In this document: positions 36,788 through 49,122 of the stretch, piece by piece | How positions within the stretch are numbered: the stretch's first letter is position 1 | Layout of the letters: each line of letters begins with the position of its first letter | Assembly: GCA_030390025.1 (NCBI GenBank) | Contig: CM059438.1 | Coordinates: 52,640,001-52,704,000 of the forward strand | DNA: 64,000 bases | Direction: 5' to 3' | From: Squalus acanthias | Taxonomy: Eukaryota | Translations under genes and position numbers: made by a program | The notes under the pieces: model-generated | The model's database searches: none | What the model was told of the DNA's origin: nothing | The model's input: the letters and a program-made list of their open reading frames with translations, nothing else

Positions 36788-38254
36788 GGCCCTCTAAGTG
36801 GGGCCAGAAGGGAAGCTTAGGCCTTCCCTGCCCTGAAACCACCCCCCTTCCCAAACACTAAACGTCCTGGAACCCAATTGCCCCTTCTATCTTGTGTCAT
36901 CAGGTGACCATGGATTACCTGATTTATCACGGGCTGGCAGCCGCTTCCCACCCTATCAGGGAGGGAGGTAGACCAGCGGCATGTTAATGAGGCCCAGGAG
37001 TTAAAGTAGCCCGGGCCTGATTTCTGCAGTAGTGGGTGAGCTTCCAACTTACCTCACCACCCACTCACTCAAGAACCGCCCAGCTTTAACACCTCTAATC
37101 ATAATTTAGAAAAACAAAAGAGTCTGCTCAGGTACTGCAGATTTGTTCTAGCTGTATTATGGTCACACCAGAGTAGACCGATCCGACAAACATTTTGGGG
37201 AGGGTTCTCTTCTCTGCGACAGAATTCCCAGGAGGCCGGACTTCTGTCCACCCTCTGTTTCTGCCCCAACTCCAACCAATTCTTCTGGGTCAGGGCTGAT
37301 TGCCTACGCATGGAGGGCTCCTAGCGGGATTCTTGCCATCAAGTGGTAGCCTACCAGTAAAAACGAGGAAGCTCTGCTGCAGCACCTGGGGCGGTGAGGG
37401 ACCTTTAAGAGGCAGACGTGCCCCAAATATCGGAGTGAAGGTTCCCAAAGAGGATCTTGGCTGAGACAGAAGCCTTCAACAGTTAAGTATTTAGGACTGG
37501 CTGGAGGAAGAGGCTGCTACATTCATTCTATTGGGAGAACTCAAGGCCTAACCGCCAATTCCTGCACTTAACAGCACCTTCCCATGGCGGCCCCAGGAAA
37601 CAGCGGATAGAAAGCAAATTCACCGGGACCTGTCACCATTTTCATGTGGTGAATGGGGAAGCAGCGGCCAATGGCAGTAACAGTGCGGTTGGGGGAGGGA
37701 AATCCTGGTTGAGGCAGTGAGACACGATAGGCCGCTCCGCCTGAATTTTCCGATATTTTCTGCTGTGATCCTGCCTAATTTTGGTAAGCTGTCACACGAT
37801 CAGAAATTCTGAAATATGTATTATTCCAGATGCTCTTCATCATTTTCAAAATTCTAAAATTAAACAATTCATGAAAACCATTACTGTTACTTCTATTGAT
37901 GGTATGCTGGAGACTTCACTCCTAAAACCATGAGGTAAATTTTCATCTTTAGCTCTCCTACTGCAGAGCGTTAATGGACAGGAAGCTGTGAGTCCACACC
38001 TTAAATGCCTGATAGTTCACAAATTTACCTCAATATATTGAAATAATTTCCCTAGAAAAAAAATACAAGCTGATTTAGGATCTTTGAATGTCTCGTGATT
38101 CTGGGAGTGTATCTCAGGAAAGCAAGAGCTGTGCACCCACGATTTACCGATATGCACTCCCCGCTGAGAGCACCCGATCATGGAGTCACCCTTTTTTGTT
38201 TTTTTAGCTACAACTTGTTTGAAGGTTTTGTGAAAAGGATCAATTGTCTTTCAG

Positions 38255-38372
38255 CTTAGGTCACACTGACCAAGAGATCGAAGATACTTTCTCAAGATTT
38301 GACTGTGATGACAATAAGATACTGGATGAGGAAGAGCAGATGAGGATGAGGAATGATTTAGAAGAAAAGAAG
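38255..38372 (+). CDS. PKD2L1: Polycystin-2-like channel exon (118 nt, EF-hand)
   Basis: Acceptor tctttcag, donor gtaagg. Reads (D)LGHTDQEIEDTFSRFDCDDNKILDEEEQMRMRNDLEEKK; EF-hand loop DCDDNKILDEEE. Confidence 0.93.
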
Positions 38373-40249
38373 GTAAGGAAATTAGCTATAAGCACATGCA
38401 TTGACTAGGAGTGAGAAATGACCTTAGGCCCATCCAATCATCGGCATAATCAATTAAGGATTTGCTTGGACATTTGGTTCAAGCCAGATGTGAAGCCTTG
38501 ACTGAATTGTAAAAAATGGCGTTTCCTATTTACATATTTATAGGGCAATTAGAAGAAAGTGTTAGTAACCGGAACTGTATCAATAGTTTACTTATAATAC
38601 TACTGCCTACCTTAACGGTGACCTTATGAAGCCTATACTGTGGTCCCAGTACAGATGTGCTGCACTGTTGCTCTTGGGCATTGAGCTGACTGTGCGCTAT
38701 AAAACAAGTTCACTCCATTTAAAGGATCCGTTGGGAGCCCTGGGGGATAGAACAGAATATGCAGCACTTAAAGGAACACTACTGGCCCCTAATGGGGAAA
38801 TGGCAGCATCTTTTTAAAATGGCAGAAGAAATATGGAGAGGCAGAAAGGGAACATTCCAAGCTGCTGCTTTGGGGATTCTACACTGAAGGTTGGATCTTT
38901 TGAAGCAGAAGATACCCTCCAGTCAAGGGTACCACAGCAGCCTGGACGTAGAATACTTAATGATTGAATCCTGTCTTACATGTCCTTCAAAGCTGGGAGC
39001 AGATGAGGAAAAATGTTTCTGGGTGCCAAGGTACATGTGCTTACATTTTGTGTAACTTAATAATTTTGCTTTAATAGCACTTCATGGAAAGCTCAGTGGA
39101 GTATCACAAAGGGAGAATGCTCTGCACCCTGCCAACTCTTCTATATTCCAAATGCACAGGCATGTCTTACAACCATAGTTACAGCCATTCCATCTGCAGT
39201 TGCAGAGCCATTTAGTGACCCAATACAAGTTGCTACTGGGCCATTGCTATCCCTAGCAGCAGACAGTGACACCCAGCAACCATCAATCTCACATAGAAAG
39301 AGCACATTGTTAGGAAGCAGAAAATACATAACATTCATTTTCATTAAAAGGAAGCACCTTGTAAAAATGCACCACAAATTGTTAGATGGAACAAAATCAG
39401 GTACGCTGTTGTGTTAGTTAATTTGGAATAGGACAGAATAAGGCACTTGTGGATAAATGCAGTAGTATTCATGGGTCTTGATGTACAATGGCACCAGTAG
39501 ACATGTGTAGATGACTGTGTGTATTGGATGTTTCAGGTGCTTAACTAATGTGTTTTAGATGCTGCTGTGTGACAGGTAGGTTGTGCAGTCTCGTGTTTCT
39601 GGTGGGGTCATCTTTTGCCAGTGGTTGCTGCTGCCTATCTTCTCCTGTCTGCTCCATGGCAAGGCTGCTTTGCAATGTGAAGATTAAACAGGCCACCGCA
39701 ATTTTGGGCACCTTGGTCAGACAATGCTACAGCACTTCCTCTACAATTAGTGCGAATGCACTGCCCTTACTTACAATGAAGATCCACGATGGCCCACATA
39801 TCGCACTGCATGCACACCACAAGGATTTCCTGCATTGTTATCCCTCTGTGTCTAATTTAAAAATGTAGAAAATGTGAGCCTGAACTACCATTAACACCAA
39901 ACTCTTGTGAGAATCAAACTCTGCTTACTCCTGGAATGTACATTCCCTGAACCCTTCAGCCTCACAAGTGTGACGGTGTCACCAGCCGCTCCTCAAGCTC
40001 AGAAACTTTGTGCTCCATTGCCAGCAGTTGGAGAGCCTTGCTCTCGGTCGCATGCATCCAGGCTTTCCCTCATGGTGCAGGTATGGCCCATCATGGGCTT
40101 CAGCTGCTTCCCCTCCCCCCACCTCCAATACCAAACAACTGTTTTCTCTTTAAAAGTTTCATAAAATTGAAGAAAACTTAGTGGTTTATCCCTTTGGGGA
40201 ATTTTAGGCCATCGGTAGCCTAGACTGATGCAAACTTCTATGCTTTTTC

Positions 40250-40450
40250 TTATTTGTTCTCGGGATTAGGGCATCGCTGGCAAGGCCATAGTTATTGCCC
40301 TTCCCTAATTGGCCTAAGAAGATGGTGGTGGGCCTACTGCTTGAACCACTGCAATCCTCTTGGTGATGGTGCTCCGACAATACTGCTAGGTAGTGAATTC
40401 CAGGATGCTGACCTAGTGATGATAAAGGATCAGCGATATATGTCCAAAGG
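40250..40450 (-). mobile_element. 3' fragment of the 7210-9760 LINE family
   Basis: gggcatcgctggcaaggcc..ttattgcccttccctaatt..ggtggtgggcc matches 7241-7420. Confidence 0.75.
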
Positions 40451-40595
40451 GAAAGGCATTGTTAGATCTAGTTATGAATAATGAAATAGATCATGTAGAT
40501 GAGTTAAATGTGGGTGACTACCTTGGGTGTAGTGACTATAATATGATAGGTTTAAGATCTAAATAGAAAAGGAGCAAGCTACTACAAAAATAAGG

Positions 40596-43500
40596 ACACC
40601 ACAGGAGTCCCCTGAGCCCATCTTGCTCACCAAACAGTATTCAGTGCTGAGTACTGGTGAGGGCAATGGTTCCTCTGGGGAGTGCAGCCAGAGCCAAGTC
40701 CACAGCACCATGGGAGGCTCAGCTGCACAGGCGGGGGGGAAGAGGCAAGGGAGAGCAATAGTGAGAGGGGATTCAATAGTTAGGAGCAAACAGGCGTTTC
40801 TGCGACCGCAGACGTGACTCCAGGATGGTAAATTGCCTCCCTGGTTCCAGGGTCATGGATGTCACTGAACGGCTGCAGGGCATTCTGAGGGGGGAGGGTG
40901 AACAGCCAGAGGTCATGGTCCATATCGGTACCAACGACATAGGTAGGAAGAGGGATGAGGTCCTGTAGGCAGAGTTTAGGGAGCTAGGGAAGAGGTTAAA
41001 AAGCAGGACCTCAAAGGTAGTAATCTCCAGATTACTACCAGTGCCACGTGCTAATGAGTTCAGAAATAGGAAGATAGTGCAGATGAATGCGTGGCTGGAG
41101 AGATGGTGTAGGAGGGAGGGCTTTAGATTCCTGAGGAATTGGAACCGTTTCTGGGGGAGGTGGGACCTCTACAAGCCGGACAGGTTGCACCTCAACGGGA
41201 ACAGGATCAATATCCTCACGGGAGGGTTTGCTAGTGCTGTTGGGGAGGGTTTAAACTAGCTTGGCAGGGGGATGGGAACCTAAGTATAGAGTCAATAGGG
41301 AGGGAAGAAAAACTGGAATTGGAAAACAAAAGCGTAGCAAGTAAATTGGAAGGACAGAGGAATCAATGGGCTAGATAGTAGTCAACAAGGAGGTTTGCCT
41401 GTACTAAATGGTATATACTTCAATGCAAGGAGTATAGCGAACAAGGCAGATGAGCTGAGAGCACAGGTAGATACCTGGGACTATGATATTATAGCTATTA
41501 CAGAGACGTAGCTGAAAGAGGGGCAGGTATGGCAGCTCAACATTCCTGGTTGCAGGATTTTCAGACGGGATAGAGAGGGAAGTAAAAAGGGAGGGGGGGG
41601 GTTCACGGTATTGATTAAAGAAACTATTACAGCTGTGAGGAGGGATGATATGTTGGAGGGATCATCAAACGAGGCCATATGGGTCGAATTGAAAAACAAA
41701 AAAGGGGCGATCACACTGCTGGGAGTATACTACAGACCCCCAAACAGTGAGAGGGAGATAGAAGAGCAAATATGTAGACAAATTTCTGAGAAGTGCAAAA
41801 ACTATAGGGCAGTAATAGTAGGGGAATTTAACTACCCCAATATTAACTGGGATAAAATTAGTGTGCAGGGTATAGAGGGTGCAGAATTCCTAAAATGCAT
41901 CCAGGAGAACTTTTTTAGTCAGTATGTAGAAAGCCCAACAAGGGAGGGGGTGGTTCTGGACTTAGTTTTAGGGAATGAAGCTGGGCAGGTAGAAGGCGTA
42001 TCAGTGGGGGAGCATTTTGGTGCTAGTGACCATAATTCTGTTAGATTTAAGGTAGTTATGGAAAAGGACAAGGATAGACCAGGAATAAAAATCTAAATTG
42101 GGGAAAAGTTAATTTTGCTAAGCTCAGAGGGGATTTAGCCATAGTAAACTGGAAACAGCTACTTGAAGGTAAATCAGTGTCAGAGCAGTGGGAGGCATTC
42201 AAGGAGGAGATCCGGAGGGTTCAGACCAAATATGTGCCCTTAAAGAAAAAAGGTGGGACTAACAAATCTAGAGCCCCCTGGATGTCTAGAGACATACAGG
42301 GTAGGATAAAGAAAAAAAAGGGAGGCGTATGACAGATACCGAGGGCTAAATACTCCAGAATCTTTAGAGGAGTACAGAAAGTGCAGGGGTGCAATTAAAA
42401 AGGATATTAGGAAAGCAAAGAGAGAGCATGAAAAATTCTTGGCAAGTAAAATCAAGGCAAGCCCATAGATGTTTTATAAATATATTAAGAGTAAGAGGAT
42501 AACTAAAGAAAGGGTAGGGCCTATTAGAGATCATGAGGGTAATCTGTGTGTGGAGGTGGGAGACGTCGGTAGGGTTCTTAATGAATACTTTGCGTCTGTT
42601 TTCACAAAGGAGAGGGGCGAAGCAGACATTGCTATCAGGGAGGAGGAGTGTGAAATATTAGATTAAATAAACATAGTGAGAGAGGAAGTATTAAGGGGTT
42701 TAGCAGCTTTAAAAGTGGATAAATCCCCAGGCCCGGATGAAATGTATCCCAGGCTGTTAAGCGAAGCAAAAGAGGAAATAGCAGAGGCCCTGACCATCAT
42801 TTTCCAATCCTCTCTGGCTTCAGGTGTGGTACTGGAGGACTGCTAATGTGGTACCCTTGTTTAAAAAGGGAGAAAAGGATAGACCGAGTAATTACAGGCC
42901 AGTCAGCCTAACCTCGGTGGTGGGAAAATTATTGGAAAGAATTCTGAAGGACAGGATAAATCTTCATTTAGAAAGACATGGATTAATCAAAGATAGTCAG
43001 CACGGATTTGTTAAGGGAAGATCGTGTCTGACAAACTTGATTGAATTTTTTGAGGAGGTAACAAGGAGGGTAGATGAGGGTAGTGCGTTTGATGTAGTTT
43101 ATATGGACTTTAGCAAGGCTTTTGATAAGGTTCCACATGGCAGACTGTTCATGAAGTTAAAAGCCCATGGGATCCATGGTATCAAGTTGGATTCAAAACT
43201 GGCTCGGAGACAGGAAGCAGAGGGTAATGGTTGATGGATGTTTTTGTGACTGGCAGGCTGTTTCCAGTGGGGTTCCGCAGGGCTCAGTAGTAGGTCCCTT
43301 GCTTTTTGTGGTATATAGCAATGATCTAGACTTGAATATAGGGGGTATGATTAAGAAGTTTGCAGATGATACTAAAATCGGCTGTGTGGTTGATCCTGAA
43401 GAAGGAAGCTGTAGACTGCAGGAAGATATCAATAAATTGGTCCGGTGAACAGAACAGTGGCAAATGGAACTCAATCCGGAGAAGTGTGAGGTACTGCATT

Positions 43501-44262
43501 TGGGGAATACACATTAAATGGTAGGACATTGAGTAGTGTAGAGGAACAAAGGGACCTTGGAGTGCATGTCCACAGATCCCTGAGGGTAGCAGACCAGGTA
43601 GACAAGGTGGTTAAGAAGGCATATGGAATGCTTGCCTTTACTAGCCGTGGCATAGAATATAAGAGCAGGGGGGTTATGCTTCATCTGTATAAAACACTAG
43701 TTAGGCCTCAGCTAGAGTACTGTGTGCAGGTCTGGTCACCACATTACAGGAAAGATGTGATTGCACTAGAGAGGGTACAGAGGAGATTTACAAGGATGTT
43801 GCCGGGAGTAGAGAATCTTAGCTATGAGGAAAGACTGGATAGGCTGGGTCTGTTTTCCTTGGAACAGAGGAGGCTGAGGGGAGACCTTATTGAGGTGTAT
43901 AAAATTATGAGGGGCATAGATAAAGTAGATAGAAAGGACCTATTTCCCTTAGCAGAGGGGTCAAAAACCAGGGGGCACAGATTTAAACTAATTGGTGGAA
44001 GGTTTAGAGGGGATTTGAGGGGAAATTTCTTCACCCAGAGGGTGGTGGGGGTCTGGAACTCACTGCCTGAAAGGGTGGTAGAGGCAGGAACCCTAACCAC
44101 ATTTAAAAAGTACTTGGATGTGCACTTGGGATGCTCTAACCTGCAGGGCTACAGACCAAGAGCTGGGAAGTGGGATTAGGCTGGATAGCTCTTTGTTGGC
44201 CGGTGCGGACTCGATGGGCCGAAATGGCCTCCTTCCGTGCTGTAACTTTCTATGATTCTATG
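40596..44262 (+). mobile_element. Near full-length CR1 LINE (ORF1 SGNH/GDSL esterase part and ORF2 EN-RT), pseudogenised
   Basis: ORF1 motifs GDSIVR, HIGTND, D.LHLN; ORF2 GVYYRPP, SDH, FADDTK; stops and frameshifts; (ATTCTATG) tail. Inserted into an older CR1 (~40470-40595 and 44263-45145). Confidence 0.92.
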
Positions 44263-45237
44263 ATACTGGAATAGGGCTGATTTTACATAGATGGGGAGTG
44301 AACTAGCTGAGATGAACTGGGAAGAGAAATCGGCACTCAGTGCTATGGATCAGCAATGGGATAGTTTTAAAAAGGATGTTGCAAAGTTGGAGAACAAATA
44401 TATACAATTAACAAAGGAGGTGACTCCAAGTTTCTGAATGCCATGGATAAATAAAGAAGTTATAAACTAACTAAAATTGAAGAAGAGGGCATGCGGCCCT
44501 ACAAGTATGATAAAAATGATACAAGAGGCAGTATGAGGAAATAAGGAAAGGGATATGAATAGCAAGTAGGGAGTATGAGAAGAGAATCTCAAAATTATTA
44601 AAAACAGTAAACTTTTCTACAAAAATATAAGTAAAAAAATAAATTGTTAAATTTACAAGATCCCTGAGAGAAGAGGATAGTGAGTTAGTGGAGGATGTGT
44701 GGAAAGTGGCAGGCATACTTAATAAATACTTTGCTTCAGTGTTTGCAAAAGAGAAGGATATTGTGGAGGAGGTAAACCCTGAATTGCTTAAAAGCAAGAT
44801 GAGATCTATTATAATAATTAAAAGAAAAGTATTTGAGAAGTTAGTTAAGCTAAAAGGGAACAAAGTGCCGGGACATGATGGGATAGATCCACAGATTCTG
44901 AGGGAAATAGGGGAAGAAATAGTGGCGGCGCTAGAAATTATATTTCAAGATTGTATTGAAAGTGGACGTGCACCTAAGTACTGGAGACTGACCAATTTAA
45001 TATCCATTTTCTAAAAGGGAGACAGAGCTAATCCAGGTAATTACAGGCCAGTTAGTTTGACTTCCATGTTAGAGAAAATTTGGGAATCTTTAATTAAAGA
45101 TGAAATGATTAAATATCTCGATGAAGAAAAAATAATTAGAAGAACATTCAAACCATTCATCCAACCTCTATATCAATGACATTCTGACAGTGCAGACTAA
45201 TAAGCTACATTGAGGGCAGACAGGGTCTCAATTTAAT

Positions 45238-45379
45238 GGGTGTAATTTTAACTTTTAGCGATAGTGTAAAATGGGCACTATCGAGTTAGTTGCCCAATTT
45301 TCCTTTCCATTGACTTCATAAATGGAAGGCTGATCCGATATCGCCCATTTTACAGTATCGCTAAAAGTTAAATTTACCC
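45238..45379. mobile_element. 142-bp hairpin MITE inserted in a SINE
   Basis: ~45-bp arms containing tttaacttttagcgata.tgtaaaatgggc / gcccattttaca.tatcgctaaaagttaaa; TSD AAT on both sides. Confidence 0.85.
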
Positions 45380-45479
45380 AATGTCACATTCGAAAGACGG
45401 CATCTCCGACAGTGTCCCTATGCCATCGATGCACCATTACAATGGCACAAGTCCCCACTTGAAACGTTCCAAGATGTTT

Positions 45480-46015
45480 CACAACAACAACAAGTTGCAT
45501 TTGTATGGCACCTTTACCTTAGTAAAATGCCCCAAGGCACTTCACAGGGGCGTATTCAAACAAAATTTGACACCGAACCACATAAGTAGATATTAGGACA
45601 GGTGGCCAAAAGCTTCATCAAAGAGGTAGGCTTTAAGGAGCGTCTTAAAGGAGGAAAGAGAGGGGGAGAGGTTTAGGGAGGGAATTTCAGAGCTTAGGGC
45701 CTAGAGAGCTGAAGACAATGGTGGAGCGATGACAATCGGGGATGTGCAAGAGGCTAGAATTGGACTAGTACAGAGTTCTCTGAGGGTTGTAGGGCTGGAG
45801 AAGGTTAAAGGGATGAGGAGGGATTTGATCAGAAGGATGAGGATTTTAAAATTGAGGCATTGCTGGACTGGGAGCCAATGTAGTTCAGCAAGCACATAGG
45901 TGATGGGCAAATGGGACTTGGTGCGAGTTAGGATATGGGCAGCAGAGTTTTGGATGAGTTCAAGTTTACAGAGGGTACAAGTTGGGAGGCCAGCCAGGAG
46001 AGCATTGGAATAGTC
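45480..46015 (-). mobile_element. L2 LINE 3' fragment
   Basis: Same family as 5608-6435 (LAELHWLPVQQCLNFKIL; acaacaacaacaa tail). Confidence 0.85.
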
Positions 46016-46987
46016 TCAGTTTTCTGTTTCTGGCATAGTTTAAACCCAAATAGCTTTTGGTTGGTTCCAGACAGACTGAAATAGAAATGTGCTGTTGATG
46101 GCATCTTGGTAGGTGTGGCCCATCAGGCTGTACTGGCTGTTGAGCACAATCAGATAACTTATTTCCTACTATGCCATTGAAAGCTTGACATACTGTGATT
46201 GGGTTGGTTCTGAGGAACTATTATGGTTAGTCATGCATTTGCATATCTCAATGGAGCCATCAGCGTTGCTGTCCTAGGAAATGCCTGAATAACCACTGAG
46301 GTATGTGAATGGGTGACTAATTGTTTTCCTGATCAAGTTATGTTCGTCCCTGTCTGCTTATGTGGGTATTCAGGTACCAGCAGTTAGGCACAGAGAATCT
46401 TTCACATAATCTGACCTGGCTGACATCCCTCTGTATGCCCCTCTCTTCCTTCAAACATCTCACAGAAGGATTCCCCTTTGGAGTGCACATTGATGCCAGT
46501 AATGGTGCTGGGGGCAAAAAATATTACACAATAATTGGCACAAATGTTGATAATAAGCTCAGTGCCATCAAAAAGGGAAGAAAAACTATTAAGAAATGGT
46601 TTAAATACACTTGTCCACATTAATGTGTCCTTTCCATGACCTCCAGGATACTTACCGCTGCCTAGTAACCTGTACATCTGTGTCACATGGGTGTGGTCAA
46701 TGTATGATGGCAAGAAATGGCATGCAGGACCAACATGCTCCGAAATGAATATTTAAATTATGTTCCTACCTGTTTGAAGCAGACAATATTCCATTGCTGG
46801 TCCCACCCATTGAAAACTGCATCTGGGTGGGCAGTGGGCAGAGATCCAGCAGGGCAGGACTTTCACTAGTTTCTGTTCCTGATTACCTAATTGCCACCCA
46901 AAATTGGGCAGCCTGCAGTGGTAAATCCACATTCACATGTCTACAACATTCCTGGCTTATCCCTTGATGGTTCATTACATATGTCGA

Positions 46988-47112
46988 TGCAATATATGTC
47001 GGTAGAACAAATGAAGGACAGAGACATGATGAGTTGCTAATCCCTCTGTTTGCTTTATTAGGCCAGAGCGAACTGAGCATGCTCATACAAAACCAGGTGA
47101 TAATACACTGCG
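46988..47112 (-). repeat. Gypsy 3' LTR (125 bp)
   Basis: Direct repeat of 55720-55844 with 17 mismatches by my count; abuts polypurine tract aaaggggggaa on - (47113-47123). Confidence 0.9.
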
Positions 47113-47649
47113 TTCCCCCCTTTAAAAAAGTGTATGGGGGAAAAATTCAGTTGGTTGCGCCTCCCGTTAGTGCCTTAAGAGGGCGCTAATGGGGCGCAAA
47201 GCCGCTAGCGCCCGGGCGCAGCGATGTTTGCGCCGCTCGGGAACTTAACTAGACATTGTGCGGCGGCGCTAAACTTTACCGCCGCGACCACCTGCGCGCG
47301 CAGATTGTGATGTCATTCCATGGTGCAACGCCCTTGTGGCGCCCCGGAGCGGAAATTGAGTGGCGCCCCCTGCCTTACCGCCTGGCGCATCCAACGACCG
47401 GAAGACTGGAACGCTATCAATCGCTGTGGGGCTGGGGGGGGGGGCGCTATTTAAAGGGGGCCTCTTCCTGTCTTTTTCTGTGGTTGACATTTTTGCACCA
47501 CTCGTTCTGAGAGAGAGAGAGAGATTCGGAGAGAGAGAAAGAGAGACTTCTGCATTGAGTCAACGCTTTGTGAGGTAGTTTTGCCTACTGATCCTAACTT
47601 CGCTGGTACTTTGGTTGCTGTCCTTCATAACTTTGCTTGCAAAGAGACT

Positions 47650-48810
47650 ATGGGGGCTGCACTGATTGGGGGCGTCGTCCTGCTCCAGCTGAATCAGAGG
47701 ACACAGAGACGCAGAGAGAGAGTGGCAATGATGGCCAGACGGAGGAGGGCCAACAGGCGTATGTACAGGAGAGCTTACCCTCCCAGGGTATATCGTGAAC
47801 AGCTCTCCTGCATTCATATGTCTGAGGAGCTGTGTTTGCGAAGGCTGCGATTCAGCAAGGAGGTGGTCACTGAGCTCTGCCACCTGCTGCAGCCAGATCT
47901 GCAGCCTCAACTGAGGTCCAGGACGTCTCTGTCGGTGGCAGTGAAGGTCACAGTGGCTATCAACTTCTATGCTACTGGCTCATTTCAAGCTGTTGCTGGG
48001 GACCTCGCCAATATCTCCCAGTTCGCGGTGCATTGCTGCATCCGGCAGGTCACAAATGCCCTCTTTAAAAGGAGACGAGAGTTCATCTCTTTCCCCATGA
48101 CCTCAGACAAGCAGCGTGACCGCGCTCTGGGCTTTGCGAGGATAGCGGGCTTCCCCATGGTGCAGGGCGCCATTGACTGCACGCATGTGGCTTTGCGTGC
48201 TCCACATGAGAATGCCGAGGAATTCCGGAACAGAAAGGGGTTCCATTCCTTGAATGTTCAGTTGGTCTGTGACCACAGACAGCTGATACTCGCTGTCAAT
48301 GCCCACTATCCTGGCAGCTGCCACGATGCTTTCATCCTGCGCCAGACTACTGTGGCAGAACTTTTCGAGGCACCGCATCAGCCAGTTGGTTGGCTTCTCG
48401 GGGACAAGGGGTATCCATTGAGCACCTGGCTGATGACACCGCTCCGTACGCCCAACACCCCTGCTGAGCTGCGGTACAACGAGAGCCATCAAGCTACCAG
48501 GAACATCATTGAGCGCACAATCGGCGTGCTGAAGCAACGGTTCCGCTGTCTCGACCATTCTGGAGGAGCCCTGCAGTACTCGCCTGAGCGAGTATCCAAC
48601 TTCGTAGTTGTGTGCTGCATGTTGCATAACATGGCAATCCTCAGGACCCAGCCAATGCCACCAGGCCTTGGAGCACCACCAGAGGAGGAGGAGGAAGAGG
48701 AGGAAGAGGACGAGGAGGATGATCATCAGCAGCACCAAGGCGGGAGGGCGGCCCACAATGGAGAAACTGCAAGGGCCGTCCGTCAACGGCTGATCGCAAG
48801 CCGCTTCTAG
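47650..48810 (+). CDS. Harbinger (HARBI1-like) DDE transposase, 386 aa
   Basis: Uninterrupted ORF from ATG 47650: GAIDCTH, NRKGFHSLNVQLVCD, YPGSCHDA, LLGDKGYP, HQATRNIIERTIGVLKQRF, CCMLHN, acidic tail. Confidence 0.95.
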   Translation: MGAALIGGVVLLQLNQRTQRRRERVAMMARRRRANRRMYRRAYPPRVYREQLSCIHMSEELCLRRLRFSKEVVTELCHLLQPDLQPQLRSRTSLSVAVKVTVAINFYATGSFQAVAGDLANISQFAVHCCIRQVTNALFKRRREFISFPMTSDKQRDRALGFARIAGFPMVQGAIDCTHVALRAPHENAEEFRNRKGFHSLNVQLVCDHRQLILAVNAHYPGSCHDAFILRQTTVAELFEAPHQPVGWLLGDKGYPLSTWLMTPLRTPNTPAELRYNESHQATRNIIERTIGVLKQRFRCLDHSGGALQYSPERVSNFVVVCCMLHNMAILRTQPMPPGLGAPPEEEEEEEEEDEEDDHQQHQGGRAAHNGETARAVRQRLIASRF

Positions 48811-49122
48811 GGCCCCTGCTGTGGAAATGGCTTCTGTCATTGCTAACAACATCAATGAACCCAGCACGCAACCCCTAAGCCGGCCAAGGCACCAATGATT
48901 CCAAACACCAAACATGTATATTTTGAATACAGAAACTTATTTATTTTACAAACTCTGTGTGTGTCATTTCCTCATGACAAACTCATAGAAATAAACACAA
49001 AAAAACAGTCATTAACATAACTGGTTCTCACAACCTGGAGATAATGTCCAAAACACTAGACAAAAGTTGGACCACGAACCTCGGCCTTTAATAAAAAAAT
49101 GACCAGCATTTTGTCACACCTC

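Noticed and set aside
38830..39840. Weak Myb-like (SWEQMRK) and transposase-like (DGPHIALHA) words
   Set aside because: Not collinear enough to separate from chance without an HMM search.
46402..46713. IDHTHV / KYPGGH motifs suggesting another Harbinger remnant
   Set aside because: Motifs too short and too closely spaced to support a call by eye.
47581..47649. N-terminal extension of the transposase ORF from a TTG start
   Set aside because: Eukaryotic context; ATG 47650 (MGA..) matches the starts of the sister copies at 29290 and 18073.
47650..48810. Domesticated HARBI1 host gene
   Set aside because: Flanked by TIRs and a TSD, paired with a Myb gene and nested in a retrotransposon, so it is a transposon copy.
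48103..48915. 270-aa minus-strand ORF
   Set aside because: Antisense shadow of the GC-rich transposase; no recognisable motifs.
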